From assembly GCA_963815455.1 (NCBI GenBank), contig CAWFGO010000001.1, forward strand, positions 576,001 to 640,000: a DNA stretch of 64,000 nt, written 5' to 3'. Below, one piece after another: positions 22,427 through 33,986 of this stretch (the stretch's first letter is position 1; every line of letters starts with the position of its first letter). A program made the translations under genes and the position numbers. The DNA is from an uncultured Verrucomicrobiae bacterium. GTDB taxonomy: Bacteria; Verrucomicrobiota; Verrucomicrobiia; Chthoniobacterales; UBA10450. The notes below the pieces were generated by a model that did no database searches, had not been told where the DNA came from, and saw only the letters and a program-made list of their open reading frames with translations.

Positions 22427-22963
22427 ATGAGCAGTAAGCTATTCTCTTGTCTGATTATTATCGTCTGCGGGGCAACGTCGGGACCAAGCGCACCGGATCC
22501 ATTTAAAGGCCCAGAAACCATCCCAAATCCGCTGAGTCAAGCGACGATCGCCGCGATTCATTCCATTGTAGTCGGACAATATGGTCCGGGGGAGGAGTGG
22601 GAGGCCCAGCCAATAGAAATCGTCAAAGATTCCTATCGATTGGAACGAATCAAGAAAGCTTTGGGTTCTCCCATCCTCCATAAGATGGCTCGACCCTCCC
22701 TTATCGGTAGATCCTACCAGCTGATCTGTCTGGACAAGAATGGAAAGGCTGTGGCCGGCGCATCCTATCGCCTTGTGGCTTCATTCCGATATGTCCTCCA
22801 ACTCTCTCAAGATGTTGCGGCGAAGAACGGCCATTTCTACGATTACCCTCCAGGGCAAACAGGAACTCCTGGCAAATGGGATCCAAAAACTGACTACCGC
22901 GCTTACGTAATTCCTTTCAACTCTCAGTGGCAAGAGGCGATAGGTTACACTCCCGGCTGGTGA
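22427..22963 (+). CDS. Exported hypothetical protein, candidate orphan immunity protein
   Basis: Signal or lipoprotein-like N-terminus, lower GC, directly after the Cys-rich tail. Confidence 0.6.
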   Translation: MSSKLFSCLIIIVCGATSGPSAPDPFKGPETIPNPLSQATIAAIHSIVVGQYGPGEEWEAQPIEIVKDSYRLERIKKALGSPILHKMARPSLIGRSYQLICLDKNGKAVAGASYRLVASFRYVLQLSQDVAAKNGHFYDYPPGQTGTPGKWDPKTDYRAYVIPFNSQWQEAIGYTPGW

Positions 22964-23102
22964 TCTCCTGCTAGCGATTCTCGAAATCTTAGAAACTGCT
23001 TTGAGGAAGGTTTCGACTACGCTGCGCTCCGCTCAGGATGACGGAAGGCCGCGTCAGGCCGCCTCTTTTCTTATCCCCAAAATTAGGCGATGTTAGGTAT
23101 TC

Positions 23103-26100
23103 ATGCAGGAATTCCCTTCGGACCCGCCTTCGCAACGCTACGGCGCGGCAGGGTCGGTGACTCCGTTCGTTTTTTCCGATCCCGCCGGTAAACGCTGGCC
23201 GCGTTTGCGCCTGATTTTGCTCGTGGCGGGCGTGCTGGTTTTCGTGGGAACAGTGCTTTTTGTTCAGACACTGTTTGTGGCGCCGCAGATGAATCTGCCC
23301 ATCTCGCTGCGGCAGTTGAAAGGGCAATTAAAGGCGCTGCGAAAACACAACCCGGCCGGTCAGGCGACCACGACTTCGTCGCTTTGGCAGAAATTTGGAG
23401 CCGCGCGGCAGGCGGCAAAAAAAGCCGGCGCTCCCGCGCCGGTGTCACCGCCTCGGCCGCGAAAAAAATCGCCGAACAACGAGGTGCGGCTGGCATTTTA
23501 TGTTAACGGCGATCCCTACAGTTACGCGTCGCTCGAGGAGCATGCGTCGCAAATCACGCATGTTTGTCCCGAGTGGATTTCAGTGGTGAACGGCCTGGGC
23601 GACTTGCAGATCGATCCCGACTCGCGATTGCCGAAGTTCTGCGCCAACAAAGGGATCGCGTTGATGCCGCTGATGACGAATTTGGTAGGCGATGCGTGGC
23701 AGCCGGAAGCGATCGAGAACCTGGCGCATGGGCCGGCGGACCGGCAGGAGCGATTCATTCGCAAAGTGATCGATGTCTTGCGCGAAGCCGGAGCGGCGGG
23801 CGTGGTGGTCGATTTCGAGCAAATCGATGCGGCCTACAAGAGCGACCTCACCGCGTTCATCGACAAGCTCGCCGATGCATTGCACGAAGACGACAAGGAA
23901 CTCTGGCTCTGTGTTCTGCCCGGTCAGGAGCTCGATTACCTCGATTTCGACAACTTGTCGGAGAATGTCGATCGGTTCGTGGCGATGCTGTTTGACGAAA
24001 CGTCCGCCACCGATCGCCGGGGCCGCTGGCATCACGTCCATGGTTTGAAGGCTGGTTGCACGTTTTGCTGGAGGATGCGGATGCGAAGCAATGGATCATC
24101 GCTTTGGGAAGTTACGGCTACGATTGGACCATCGGGGCAAAAAAAGCGGAACTGATCAGTTTTCCCGAGTCGATGAGTCGCGCCCACAATGCGGAGGTGG
24201 AAGGCGTGGACGTGGCGACGCCTGGTTACAATCCATATTTCTATTTCGAGGATGGCGACAAGGAACACAGCGTCTGGTTTCTCGATGTAGTCACGTTCCT
24301 GAACGAACTGCGCGAGGTCCGGGGCCAAAAGGCGGGCGGATTTGCGCTCTACCGTCTCGGGAGCGAAGACGGCGCGATTTGGGACGCGCTGAGCGTCCCG
24401 CGCGATTTCAAGATCGACAATCAAACACGGCAGGCGCTCGAAGTGTTGGAGGGCACCGACACAATCGCGGACGTGGGAGAAGGAGAAATTGTGACGGTGG
24501 ATGAAAGCCGATCTAATGGTTTGCGAAAATTGACTGCCGATTCCGAAGGTTATCTCACGGCGAAATACGAGAAGTTTCCGCAGTTCCCGACGCTGTATCA
24601 TCAGGGCGCCGGGGGCGAGCACCAGGTGGCGCTGACATTCGACGACGGCCCCGATCCGTTATGGACGCCGAAGATCCTGGACATTTTGAAAGCGGCGAAT
24701 GTGAAAGCGGCGTTCTTTGTCGTTGGTGTCAATGCGGAGCGTTACCCGAACCTTGTTCGCCGAATCGTCGATGAAGGACACGAGATCGGGAACCACACTT
24801 ATTATCATTCCAATCTGGCCGAATGCGGCGCGGAACATATCCGGCTCGAATTGAACGCGACGCAGCTCTTGATTGAGTCGATTACGGGCCGGGCAACGAC
24901 ATTGTTCCGGCCACCGTATGCGGCGGACACAAGCCCGTCGCAAATCAGAGAGCTGATTCCGTTACAAATCGCCGAGGACCTGAACTATCTGGTGGTTCTG
25001 GAAAGCATCGACCCGCAGGACTGGGCCAGGCCGGGCGCCGACACGATTCTTCAACGAGTGAAACAGCAACGGCGTGACGGCAGCATCATCTTGCTGCACG
25101 ATGCCGGCGGCGATCGATCGCAAACGGTGGAAGCGCTTCCACGAATTCTGGATTGGCTCCATACTCGCGGCGACACGGTCGTTTCCCTGAGCACGCTGCT
25201 CGGTACGACCCGTGACGCGCTGATGCCGCAATTGGCCAAGGGCGGTCAGCCGTTTGCTCGAGTAGTGAGCAGCACCGGCTTCCGTGTTTATCACGCGATA
25301 GAAGAATTTCTCTGGGCCTTCATGATCGTCGCCACGGCGCTGGTCGTTATTCGCACACTGATCGTTATCTGGCTGGCGTATCGATTCCAAAGAAAACCGA
25401 GAACCGATTTCGCCGAGCCAGTGAGTGTCGTTATTGCCGCTTATAACGAAGGCAAAGTGATCGCGAACACTCTGAGCACACTGTTGAACACCGAATACAC
25501 CGGCGAGCTCGAAGTTGTCGTGGTCGATGATGGATCGCGGGACGAAACCGCCGCGGAAGTGGCGCGCGTCGCCGATGTCGATCCTCGCGTGCGCCTGTTG
25601 CAACAAGAAAATCGCGGCAAGGCCTTCGCCTTGCGGCGCGCGCTTTCGTCCGCGCGTCACCCGATCATCGTTTTTATCGACGCGGATACTCAATGCCAGC
25701 GGGATACGATCCCGCGTTTGCTGGAACCGTTCGCCGACGCAGACGTCGGCGCGGTCTCGGGTCATGCCAAAGTCGGCAACTTGAGAACGTTCATCGCGCG
25801 TTGCCAGGCGCTGGAGTACATCTGCGGATTCAATCTCGACCGGCGCGCTTACGATCGTTGGAACTGTATCACCGTCGTGCCCGGCGCGATCAGTGCGATT
25901 CGTAAAGAAGCAATCGATCTGGCCGGCGGTTTAAGTTTGGAAACGCTGGCCGAAGACACCGATCTGACCCTCGCCTTGCACAAACATCGACAACGGATCG
26001 TTTATGTTCCCGGCGCGATCGCCTGGACGGAAGCGCCTGAAACCGTCCGGACGCTGGCGCGGCAACGATTCCGCTGGGCTTACGGAACGCTGCAATGTCT

Positions 26101-26488
26101 CTGGAAACATCGCGACATGATTTTCAATTGGAACTATGGCGCGCTCGGTTTGTTCAGTTTGCCAAGCGTCTGGTTTTTCCAAATCATTCTCGTCGCCGTG
26201 ACGCCGATGGTGGATTTGTTTTTGCTCGCGTCGCTGCCCTTCGGCGCCTGGCGAGCGGTTCTGCCTTTCGTAATCACCTTTCTGGCAATGGACGTGATCC
26301 TGGCCACGCTGGCCTGCATTCTCGAGCGCGAACCAATCACCCGCGCCTGGCGTATCTTGCCGATGCGCCTGTTTTATCGCCCGCTGTTAAGTTACTGCAT
26401 TTGGAAAGCGATTCTGCGGGCGATCAAAGGGGCGTGGGTAAGCTGGGGAAAACTGGAACGGACCGCCAGCGTGCCTGTCCGGGCATAA
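23103..26488 (+). CDS. GH18-like / polysaccharide deacetylase / GT2 synthase fusion (frameshift near 24010)
   Basis: GVVVDFE (GH18-like); LTFDDGP, HEIGNHTYYH, FRPPY, LLHD (CE4); VVVDDGS, DAD, LAEDTD, QRFRW (GT2). Confidence 0.9.
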
Positions 26489-26554
26489 GTCTTTTATTAC
26501 AAAACTGTAATTAAAAGCTTGCTTCCGTGGGCTTAAGCGTGTTTCATCCCGCCC

Positions 26555-29005
26555 ATGTTTTCGCGAACCCATCTCTCTCTCGGCCTCGCTCTCGTGGCGC
26601 TCGGGCTCTGCTCGTTTGTTCAACCCGCTGCCGCCGGTGAAGATTCGCTGCCGCCGCTCGCTTCGACCGATGGCGACGATGTCGATCCTGGCGATCAGGA
26701 CGATCACAAGTCCCATAAGCCGGGAAAACGTTCGCGCCGCATCGCGGTGGATGAAAACGGGATGCCTCTTCCTGATGTAGAAGAGGGCACCTCAGTTGCC
26801 GTGGTAAGCGCGATCGCGACTGCGGAAGCCGAGCACGTTGTCGTGACCGGCGGGTTTGATGTGAATCCGGTGGAATATCCCGCTCTGCCGGAAGTCGAGG
26901 GAACAAGAATCAACTCCGGCAAGAAAACGTCGTTCATAAAACCGGAGGAGTTCCCTCGGTTGCGAACAACGATTACCGGGAAGTCACCGCAACTACGCCT
27001 GGAATCCTGGTTAGTGAGGAACCGTCCTCACCGATCGTCAATTTCGGTTATCGCGGCCTGGATTCGCAGCGGAGCGAGTTCATGCAAATCCTCAAGGACG
27101 GCGTTTCGATCAAGAACGAGCAGTTCGGTTTTCCCGAAACCCATTACACGCCAATTCTCGATGCGGTGGAACGCATCGAGTTCATCCGGGGCGGCGCGGC
27201 GTTGCAGTACGGACCGCAACCAGGCGGCGCGTTGAATTTCGTGATGAAGATGCCACGACGCGATGCGCCGTTTCATTTTGTCGAAAAGAACTTGTTCGGG
27301 AGCGATGAGCTGTACCAGAACTACACCGCAATCGATGGCGGCATCGGCCAGTTTGGATATTTGGCCTACTACGATCATCGCGAGCGCGAAGGATTTCGCG
27401 ACGCCAACAGCGATTACGAGGTGAATGCCGGCAGCGCGCGCGCCGTCTGGGACGTCACGAACGACAGCCGATTCATTCTGACCTTCGACGCCTACGAAGA
27501 GGAACATGGCGAACCCGGTGGTTTGGCGCGTCGCGGAGGCCTGGCGCCCGCCCGGCTCGAGTTTCTACGAAGACGATCGCAATGCGACTACGCGTTTCTT
27601 CGACCGCTTTCGTCTGGCCGGCATTATGGCGTGCTGGATTATCAGAAAATGTTCTCCGACCGCACACAATTGGACCTGAAAGCTTTTGGCGGTTATCTCG
27701 CCCGATGGAGCAAGCGCCAGCGCGGTGGCGGCATTTCGGCGTTATGCCCGAACCCAATCCCGGCCGAGGAGCGGCATCGCCAGGACAAACGACATTCAAG
27801 CGCGATTGGATTGGACCGAAGGGGCCGAAGCGCGGCTGCGACACGACTACGATCTGTTCGATGATGTTTCCACATTTCGCCGGCGGCATTTACTTCTATC
27901 ATGCGCTTCAGCATCGAGACGACCGTCGCGGTTTCACGCCCGATGCCGAAGACGGATTGCTGCGCCGGTCGAACTTCGGCGAGAGCGTATAATGGCTCGA
28001 TTTTCGCCGAGAACCGTTTTCACTTTGGGCGCTTGTCGTTTACGCCAGGTATGCGGCTGGAGTTTTTCCAGCAGGAACTCAGACAGGACGTCAATATCAC
28101 TCAGCCGGTTGACATGCCGCTTATCGGGCAGTCCGATTTCTCATTCGTTCCATTGTTTGGAACCGGAGTCTCATACGTCCTATGGAAGGGGATGATATTC
28201 TCGCGCCAGCTCCGGTTGCCGGGAGCAAGGAGGCCGATGCAAAGGAGGTAAAAACCCTGTTGTTAATCAGTTGTCGGTAAAGCTCCGCCGCGCCTCGAGC
28301 TTTATGGCGAACTTTTCCCAAGCATATCGACCCACGCACCTACGGCGAGTTCGTTCCAACCAGCCCAACCGGTTCTGTAAACGGGAACCTGGAAGAAGGC
28401 CACTCTTTCAGGCCGAGCTCGGGTTGCGAGGGAAACCGCTGCCTTATCTCAACTTCGACATCAGCGGTTTTTGGTACAGCTTCGAGGACCAAATCGCTGA
28501 AATCGGCAACCACCACGGCAAACGTCGGTGATGCCCGTTATTTCGGTTTTGAAGCGGCTGCCGAGTTCGATGTCCTGGCGCTGAGCAATGGCGGGACGGA
28601 AAGTCCCTGGGGCAAGTTGAACATTTACGGAAACGTGACGTTGCTCGATGCCGAGTTTACCTCGGGCCTGACCAATGGAAAAGTGCCACTCCGGCTTATG
28701 CTCCGGATTACCAGATTCAAAGGCCGGCGCGATCTATCGGTGGAAAGAAGCGGTCAAGGTCGGCATGCTCGGCACGTCCGTGGACGATCATTTTTCGAAC
28801 GCGGACAATGGCTTTCAGCACGTCATTCCCGGGTTACAACGTTTGGGACCTGACCGCGGAAGTGAAATTCTGGAATAACCGCATCGGGGTTTTCGCCGGG
28901 ATCAAGAACTTGTTCGACGAAGATTACTGGGCGGAGATGCGCGACGAAGGCATCGTGCCGGCTTATCGCCGCAATTATTACGGCGGAGTCGAGATCTTCT
29001 GGTAA
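26555..29005 (+). CDS. TonB-dependent receptor, FecA-like (multiple frameshifts)
   Basis: Plug ERIEFIRGGAALQYGPQPGGALNF; C-terminal GIKNLFDEDY...RNYYGGVEIFW. Confidence 0.8.
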
Positions 29006-29106
29006 GCGAGTTTGTTTGTTCGGCACACGCGTTATGGTTCGCATGTGCTGAGAGTATTCGTCGTTCTGCTAGTTGCTCGTGTCGGCCGGTTGCAAGAAGG
29101 CCGACC

Positions 29107-30159
29107 GTGACGACTGCTCGCATCGATCCCAATAGCCCGGTCGAGGTCGTAATTCCCGAACACGGCGCCTACACCGGCGCGTTCATGGATTTCGGCGATG
29201 AAGAGGACGATGTCTCCCTGGAGACGATCGAGGAGTTCGAGCAGATGGTCGGCAAACATCAGGCCATCATCGCGTCGTCAAGTTATTGGGGGGAGCAAAG
29301 TTTTCCCACTGCTAATCTCGAAATCATCTGGCGGCACGGTTCGCTGCCGCTCGTCTTTTGGTCGCCTTGGGACAAGCCTTACCAACAAGACCGCGGACCG
29401 GACCGCTTTAGCTTGCTCGAGATTCTCGACGGGAAATGGGACGCCTACATCGACAAGTGGGCCGACGCCGCCCGCGAATTCGGTCACCCGATAATCGTTG
29501 ATTTTGCCAACGAGGCGAATGGCACATGGTTCCCCTGGTCGGGCACTTACTACGGAGCCGACCAATGGGACGCAGAACACCAGAATTCGAAAGGTCCGGA
29601 GACTTTTCGCAAAGCCTTTCGCTACGTGGTCGATCGAGTCCGGGCCCGCGGCGCATCGAACATCAAATGGATGTTTCACACGAATAATTATTCTTACCCG
29701 CTTCGCACATGGAATTTCGCGCCGGCCTATTATCCCGGCTCGGAATATGTCGATTGGTTAGGCCTGAGCGTTTATGGACAACAATTCAAGGACGAGCCCA
29801 ATCCGGATATTCGTTCATTGGTAGACTGGCCATACCAGGAGATGTGCAAACTTGATCCAAACAAGCCGATCATGATCGCGGAATGGGGAACCGGTGAATT
29901 TCCGCATTCGGCAGACGCCGGCGGAATTGGCAAGAGTGAATGGATCGAGGAAGGGCTGGAGCTTTTCCGAACGCATTATCCGCGCATCAAGGCGGCGGTT
30001 TACTGGCACGAGCGCTGGCAAAATCTCGATGGATCGTATAGCAATCTGCGCGTGAATTCCTCGGTGGAATCGCTCAACGCCTATCGCCAGGGCGTGGCCC
30101 ATCCGGATTGGCTGGGCAATTTGATCCTGCGCGCAACTTCCGCGTCGAAATCGAAATAG
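29107..30159 (+). CDS. GH26 beta-mannanase-like glycoside hydrolase (true start probably ~29034 across a frameshift)
   Basis: ANEANGTWFPW, YYPGSEYVDWLGLSVY, KPIMIAEWG. Confidence 0.85.
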   Translation: MTTARIDPNSPVEVVIPEHGAYTGAFMDFGDEEDDVSLETIEEFEQMVGKHQAIIASSSYWGEQSFPTANLEIIWRHGSLPLVFWSPWDKPYQQDRGPDRFSLLEILDGKWDAYIDKWADAAREFGHPIIVDFANEANGTWFPWSGTYYGADQWDAEHQNSKGPETFRKAFRYVVDRVRARGASNIKWMFHTNNYSYPLRTWNFAPAYYPGSEYVDWLGLSVYGQQFKDEPNPDIRSLVDWPYQEMCKLDPNKPIMIAEWGTGEFPHSADAGGIGKSEWIEEGLELFRTHYPRIKAAVYWHERWQNLDGSYSNLRVNSSVESLNAYRQGVAHPDWLGNLILRATSASKSK

Positions 30160-30255
30160 TCTCCCGATTTCGCACAACGGACACAAAGGTCACTAGGGTC
30201 TCAACTAAATCCTTTTGTCTCTTCCGTTGTTTTCTTTGTGACCTTTGTGCGAGTC

Positions 30256-31132
30256 CTAGTTCTTTGGCGGCGCTTTTTTCTGCAGATCGAGAACGAGTCT
30301 CCACTGGCCGGGCGGTTCCAGACGCCAGATGCAAAAATAAATTCCGCGCTCCGTCGCGCCGGCGAGGCCGCTCGAATACTCGCCGTATTCGTAAGCGAGA
30401 TCGTTGGCTTTGCTCATTCCGCCGCCGCTACGAGTCCGCGATGTCTTACCGTGCTCGGGGCCAAGCATCTGTTCCGCTGCCGCTCTTCCGACTGCCGGAA
30501 TGGCGCCGCGGCGATAAATGCGAATGTCGTCACTCGCGCTCGCGACAATGGCCGCGCCTTCATCTTTCTCCAGGGACTTCTGCAAACGCGCTCCGCTGCT
30601 TTTCAAAATCGGCTCGCGCGGTTTCCGGATGAGTGGACGGATTCTTTGGCACATACGTCGTGACCTGATGCTCTGCTTCCTGCGGTTGCCGATGGTTGAC
30701 GCCAACATCGACAACGACCTTCCAGGTGCCATCTGAATCCTTTCGCCAAACCGACACGAAATGACCGAACGCTTCCGGTTTTTCGTCGCCGCGGACCTTA
30801 CGATATTCGAAGGGTCCGGTCGTATAGCCGAGTTCGCCGCTCCGGGCAATCGCCGCGAAGGCCGGCCCCCAGCTAATTACCGGATCTTCCTTTGCTTCCT
30901 TCCAGAACTTTCTGCCATTGACCACATCGGGCGCAAAAATCACCGCGTCGCCGGCCAAAACCGTGAGCGACGCCTCCCGAAACCCTTTCTCGGCGCCGAG
31001 CTTGGCGTAAGCTTTTTCAGCCGCGACCAGAGAGCCGACAGCTTTCTCAAGATCGACAGGTTCGGCGCTGGCACCAGCCATGCCGGCCAGAACAACCAGC
31101 AAAGGAAAATTGAGCCCTTTAAACAAAATCAT
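30256..31132 (-). CDS. Exported tandem NTF2/DUF4440-like protein (frameshift near 30575)
   Basis: SGELGYTTGPF...SVWRKDSDGTWKVVVD and DLAYEYGEY...IWRLEPPGQWRLVLD. Confidence 0.75.
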
Positions 31133-31152
31133 CGGTTGGCGGCGTCTGGATT

Positions 31153-31665
31153 ATGAAAGACCGTGAAGAGGTCATGGACAATGTGGCAATCAATGAAGAT
31201 TGGAAAGAGTGTTTTTCGCAATTTGCGCCCGGCTTGCTCCTATTCGCCCGCCAGTGGGTGCGGACTCAGGCCGACGCGGAAGACATCGTCCAGGAAGCTT
31301 TCGTCAAATTCTGGCGAAGGAATCACCAGGTCGAAAATCGCGCCCTGCTCTATGCTACCGTTCGTTCCATCGCGCTCGATTTTATCCGCCGCGATAGCCG
31401 GCGTGCCCGGCGCGAGATGGTTGCCTTTTCTGACGCGGAGCAATCGATCGAGCCGCAATTTGAGTTGGAGGACGATGAGCAACGGGCATTGGTCATGGCG
31501 CTGGATGGCCTGCCGCACGATCAACGCGAGGTGCTGGTCATGAAAATTTGGAACGATTTTACTTTCGCGGAAATCGGGAGCGCCCTGGGCATTTCGCAAA
31601 ACACCGCGGCATCGCGTTATCGCTACGCGCTGGCCGGTCTCAAGAAAAGTTTGCAACCGCAATGA
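31153..31665 (+). CDS. ECF RNA polymerase sigma factor
   Basis: DAEDIVQEAF (region 2), LPHDQREVLVM...TFAEIGSALGISQNTAASR (region 4). Confidence 0.93.
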   Translation: MKDREEVMDNVAINEDWKECFSQFAPGLLLFARQWVRTQADAEDIVQEAFVKFWRRNHQVENRALLYATVRSIALDFIRRDSRRARREMVAFSDAEQSIEPQFELEDDEQRALVMALDGLPHDQREVLVMKIWNDFTFAEIGSALGISQNTAASRYRYALAGLKKSLQPQ

Positions 31666-32198
31666 ACGATTTCTCCGAGCTCGAAAATGAATTGAAGAAG
31701 CTGCGACCGGCGCCGCCGTCCGCCGGGCTTCTTACCCGGGTCGAGCAGGCGTTGTCCGAATCGAACGATCAGGAAAAGATCATTCGGCCGGATCGGTTTC
31801 GGGTAAATTGGGTTTCGATTGGCTTTGGCCTCGCGGCCGCGGCGGTGTTTCTTTTGTTTGCCCGAGTGAACATGGAGCGCCGGCGGGAGCAAGGCGAACG
31901 AGTCGCCCAGATTTCGCCCGCACCGACGAAAATGCCCAATCTGGCTGCACCCCGCACCGGCACGGAAACCGGCAGACCAGCATTGGCTAACGAATTCATT
32001 CCGGCCACCGCGACCCAGGTCGTTTACAACAAGCGCGATGAAGGCTTGCAATTTACCCGCGATTCCGAGCAACCGCGCCGGCGCCTGAGCTATCAGACGC
32101 ACCAAACCCTGCAGTGGAATAATCCCTACACGGGCGCATCGCTCCGAGTCTCTTATCCAAGCGAGGAAGTCGTCCTCATTCCAGTTTCGGGCCAGTAA
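31662..32198 (+). CDS. Putative anti-sigma factor (single TM)
   Basis: ATGA overlap with the sigma gene; LENELKKLRP then a TM segment. Confidence 0.7.
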   Translation: MNDFSELENELKKLRPAPPSAGLLTRVEQALSESNDQEKIIRPDRFRVNWVSIGFGLAAAAVFLLFARVNMERRREQGERVAQISPAPTKMPNLAAPRTGTETGRPALANEFIPATATQVVYNKRDEGLQFTRDSEQPRRRLSYQTHQTLQWNNPYTGASLRVSYPSEEVVLIPVSGQ

Positions 32199-32215
32199 AT
32201 TAACCAAATAGAACC

Positions 32216-33323
32216 ATGAATACAAAATCCATCCTAACCATTACCATTATGGCGCTCCTGCCGATTGCTGGAGTTGCCCAAACTCCGCCCGCACCGCCGG
32301 TCGCTCCTGCGCCGCCCGCGCCGCCGGAACATGTCGGATCGGCACGCCAATCGACATGAGAGAGGCCCTAAAGTGCCGGTGACATTCCTCGGCGTTGAAA
32401 CTTCGCCCGTCCCCACGGTCGTCAGCGAGCAACTGGGCCTGGCCAAGGGTTTCGGCCTGGTCGTTGACTACGTCGTTCCGGACGGCCCGGCGGCAGCGGC
32501 CGGGGTTCAGCAAAACGACATCCTCAAAATGCTGAACGACCAAATTCTAATGGAACCGAGCCAGCTTCGAAAACTCCTTCAGAGTTTTTCCGAAGGCACA
32601 AACGTAACCCTTACCGTGTTGCGCAAAGGCCAGGAACAAAAGATCACAGTTAAACTGGCGAAAAAGGAAGTGCCGCAACGGCACTCCATGTTCGACGGTT
32701 TTAACCACGACTGGAATTGGAATTTCGACGACATGGGCAACATGGGCGATCTCGGCGAGAAAATGCAGGATCTAAAGGAGCAGTTGAAAGATCAGTTGAA
32801 AGATCAATTGGGCGACGCCGGCGGCGCGATTCGCGATGCCGTCATGAACGCTCGAGAAGAAGCCAGACGCGCCCGGGACGAAGCACGCGAGGAAGCCAGA
32901 CAGGCCCGGGATGACGCCCGCAACGCAGCCCGCGACATTCGCGTCTTGAGCAGAGATAATGGCACTCTCAAGGCCACCAAGATCGACATCGGCAAAGCGC
33001 AGATCGTTTTCTCCGACGACAAAGGGGAGATGAAACTGGAGACGGTGGACGGGAAAAAAATGCTCACGGCCAAAGATCCGCAGGGCAAACTGCTGTTCAG
33101 CGGCCCGGTCGAAACAAAAGAAGAACTCGATAAAGTCCCGGCTGACGTCCGCGAGCGTTTCGACAAGCTGCAAAACAGCGACTTACCGGCTGTGGCGCCT
33201 CGGGCCGAGGACGGGGACGAAGATGCCGATGCCGACGACGAAGGTGAAGACGAAGCGCCCGAAGGGTCCTTCAACCAGGTATCGTCTCAAGCACTGGCGA
33301 CGGCCCGCGCAACGTTAATCTAA
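32216..33323 (+). CDS. Exported PDZ-domain protein (frameshift near 5' end)
   Basis: FLGV, VVPDGPAAAAGVQQNDIL, LTVLRKG; no protease domain seen. Confidence 0.75.
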
Positions 33324-33531
33324 TGGAGGGACGCGCGGAGCCTGCCCTGAGCGAAGTCGAACGGGTCGCGTCCGGGTAGAAGGGGATGATCGGGCATGCC
33401 CATCCATTTTGCAGAGGGACTCCGCCGAGCGCCTTAACCTGGCCCGGCTCCGGCCGCTCGGCGGAGTTTTCCGCACTATTCGTTAGTCGTTGTAGATCGC
33501 GAAGCGCAGGCCGCAGCGTAACGAGGGTGGC

Positions 33532-33879
33532 TCAAAACCCAGTCGTATGTCCGGGATGAAATTTAACCGGTACCAGAACAGTACACGTTCGACCGGGCGC
33601 GCTTTTCCAACGCCGCAGCGTTGAGATCGCCGCTTCGTCCAAGTCATAGTCGCCGGTCGAGCGAACCATTTTCACTTCCTTTACTTTTCCCGAAGCATCG
33701 AAGCTCACTGAAAAAGTGCCCTTCCCCTGGATTGGAAAATAAGCGCGGCGCAGAGCAGCCGGATACTGCGGCGTCGGGCTGTAGATCAGTTTGCAGTCGC
33801 CCGTCGGCCGACCGGGAGGCTCGGCAAAAGCAACCGCACCGCTCAAGAGCAGGCCCACTATGATAAGCAAGCGAACCAT
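33532..33879 (-). CDS. TonB C-terminal domain protein
   Basis: PQYP...G.V..VKMVRSTGDYDLDEAA...W...VPVKF. Confidence 0.85.
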   Translation of the reverse strand: MVRLLIIVGLLLSGAVAFAEPPGRPTGDCKLIYSPTPQYPAALRRAYFPIQGKGTFSVSFDASGKVKEVKMVRSTGDYDLDEAAISTLRRWKSAPGRTCTVLVPVKFHPGHTTGF

Positions 33880-33986
33880 ACGCCTCTTTTTACAGCATTT
33901 TTTTCGCACAGGCAACTCCTGTTAACAAAGTAACTTGCCGTCGCCAATTGCCACGCTGTAATAGAACCGTACCTCACAGGATCGAC

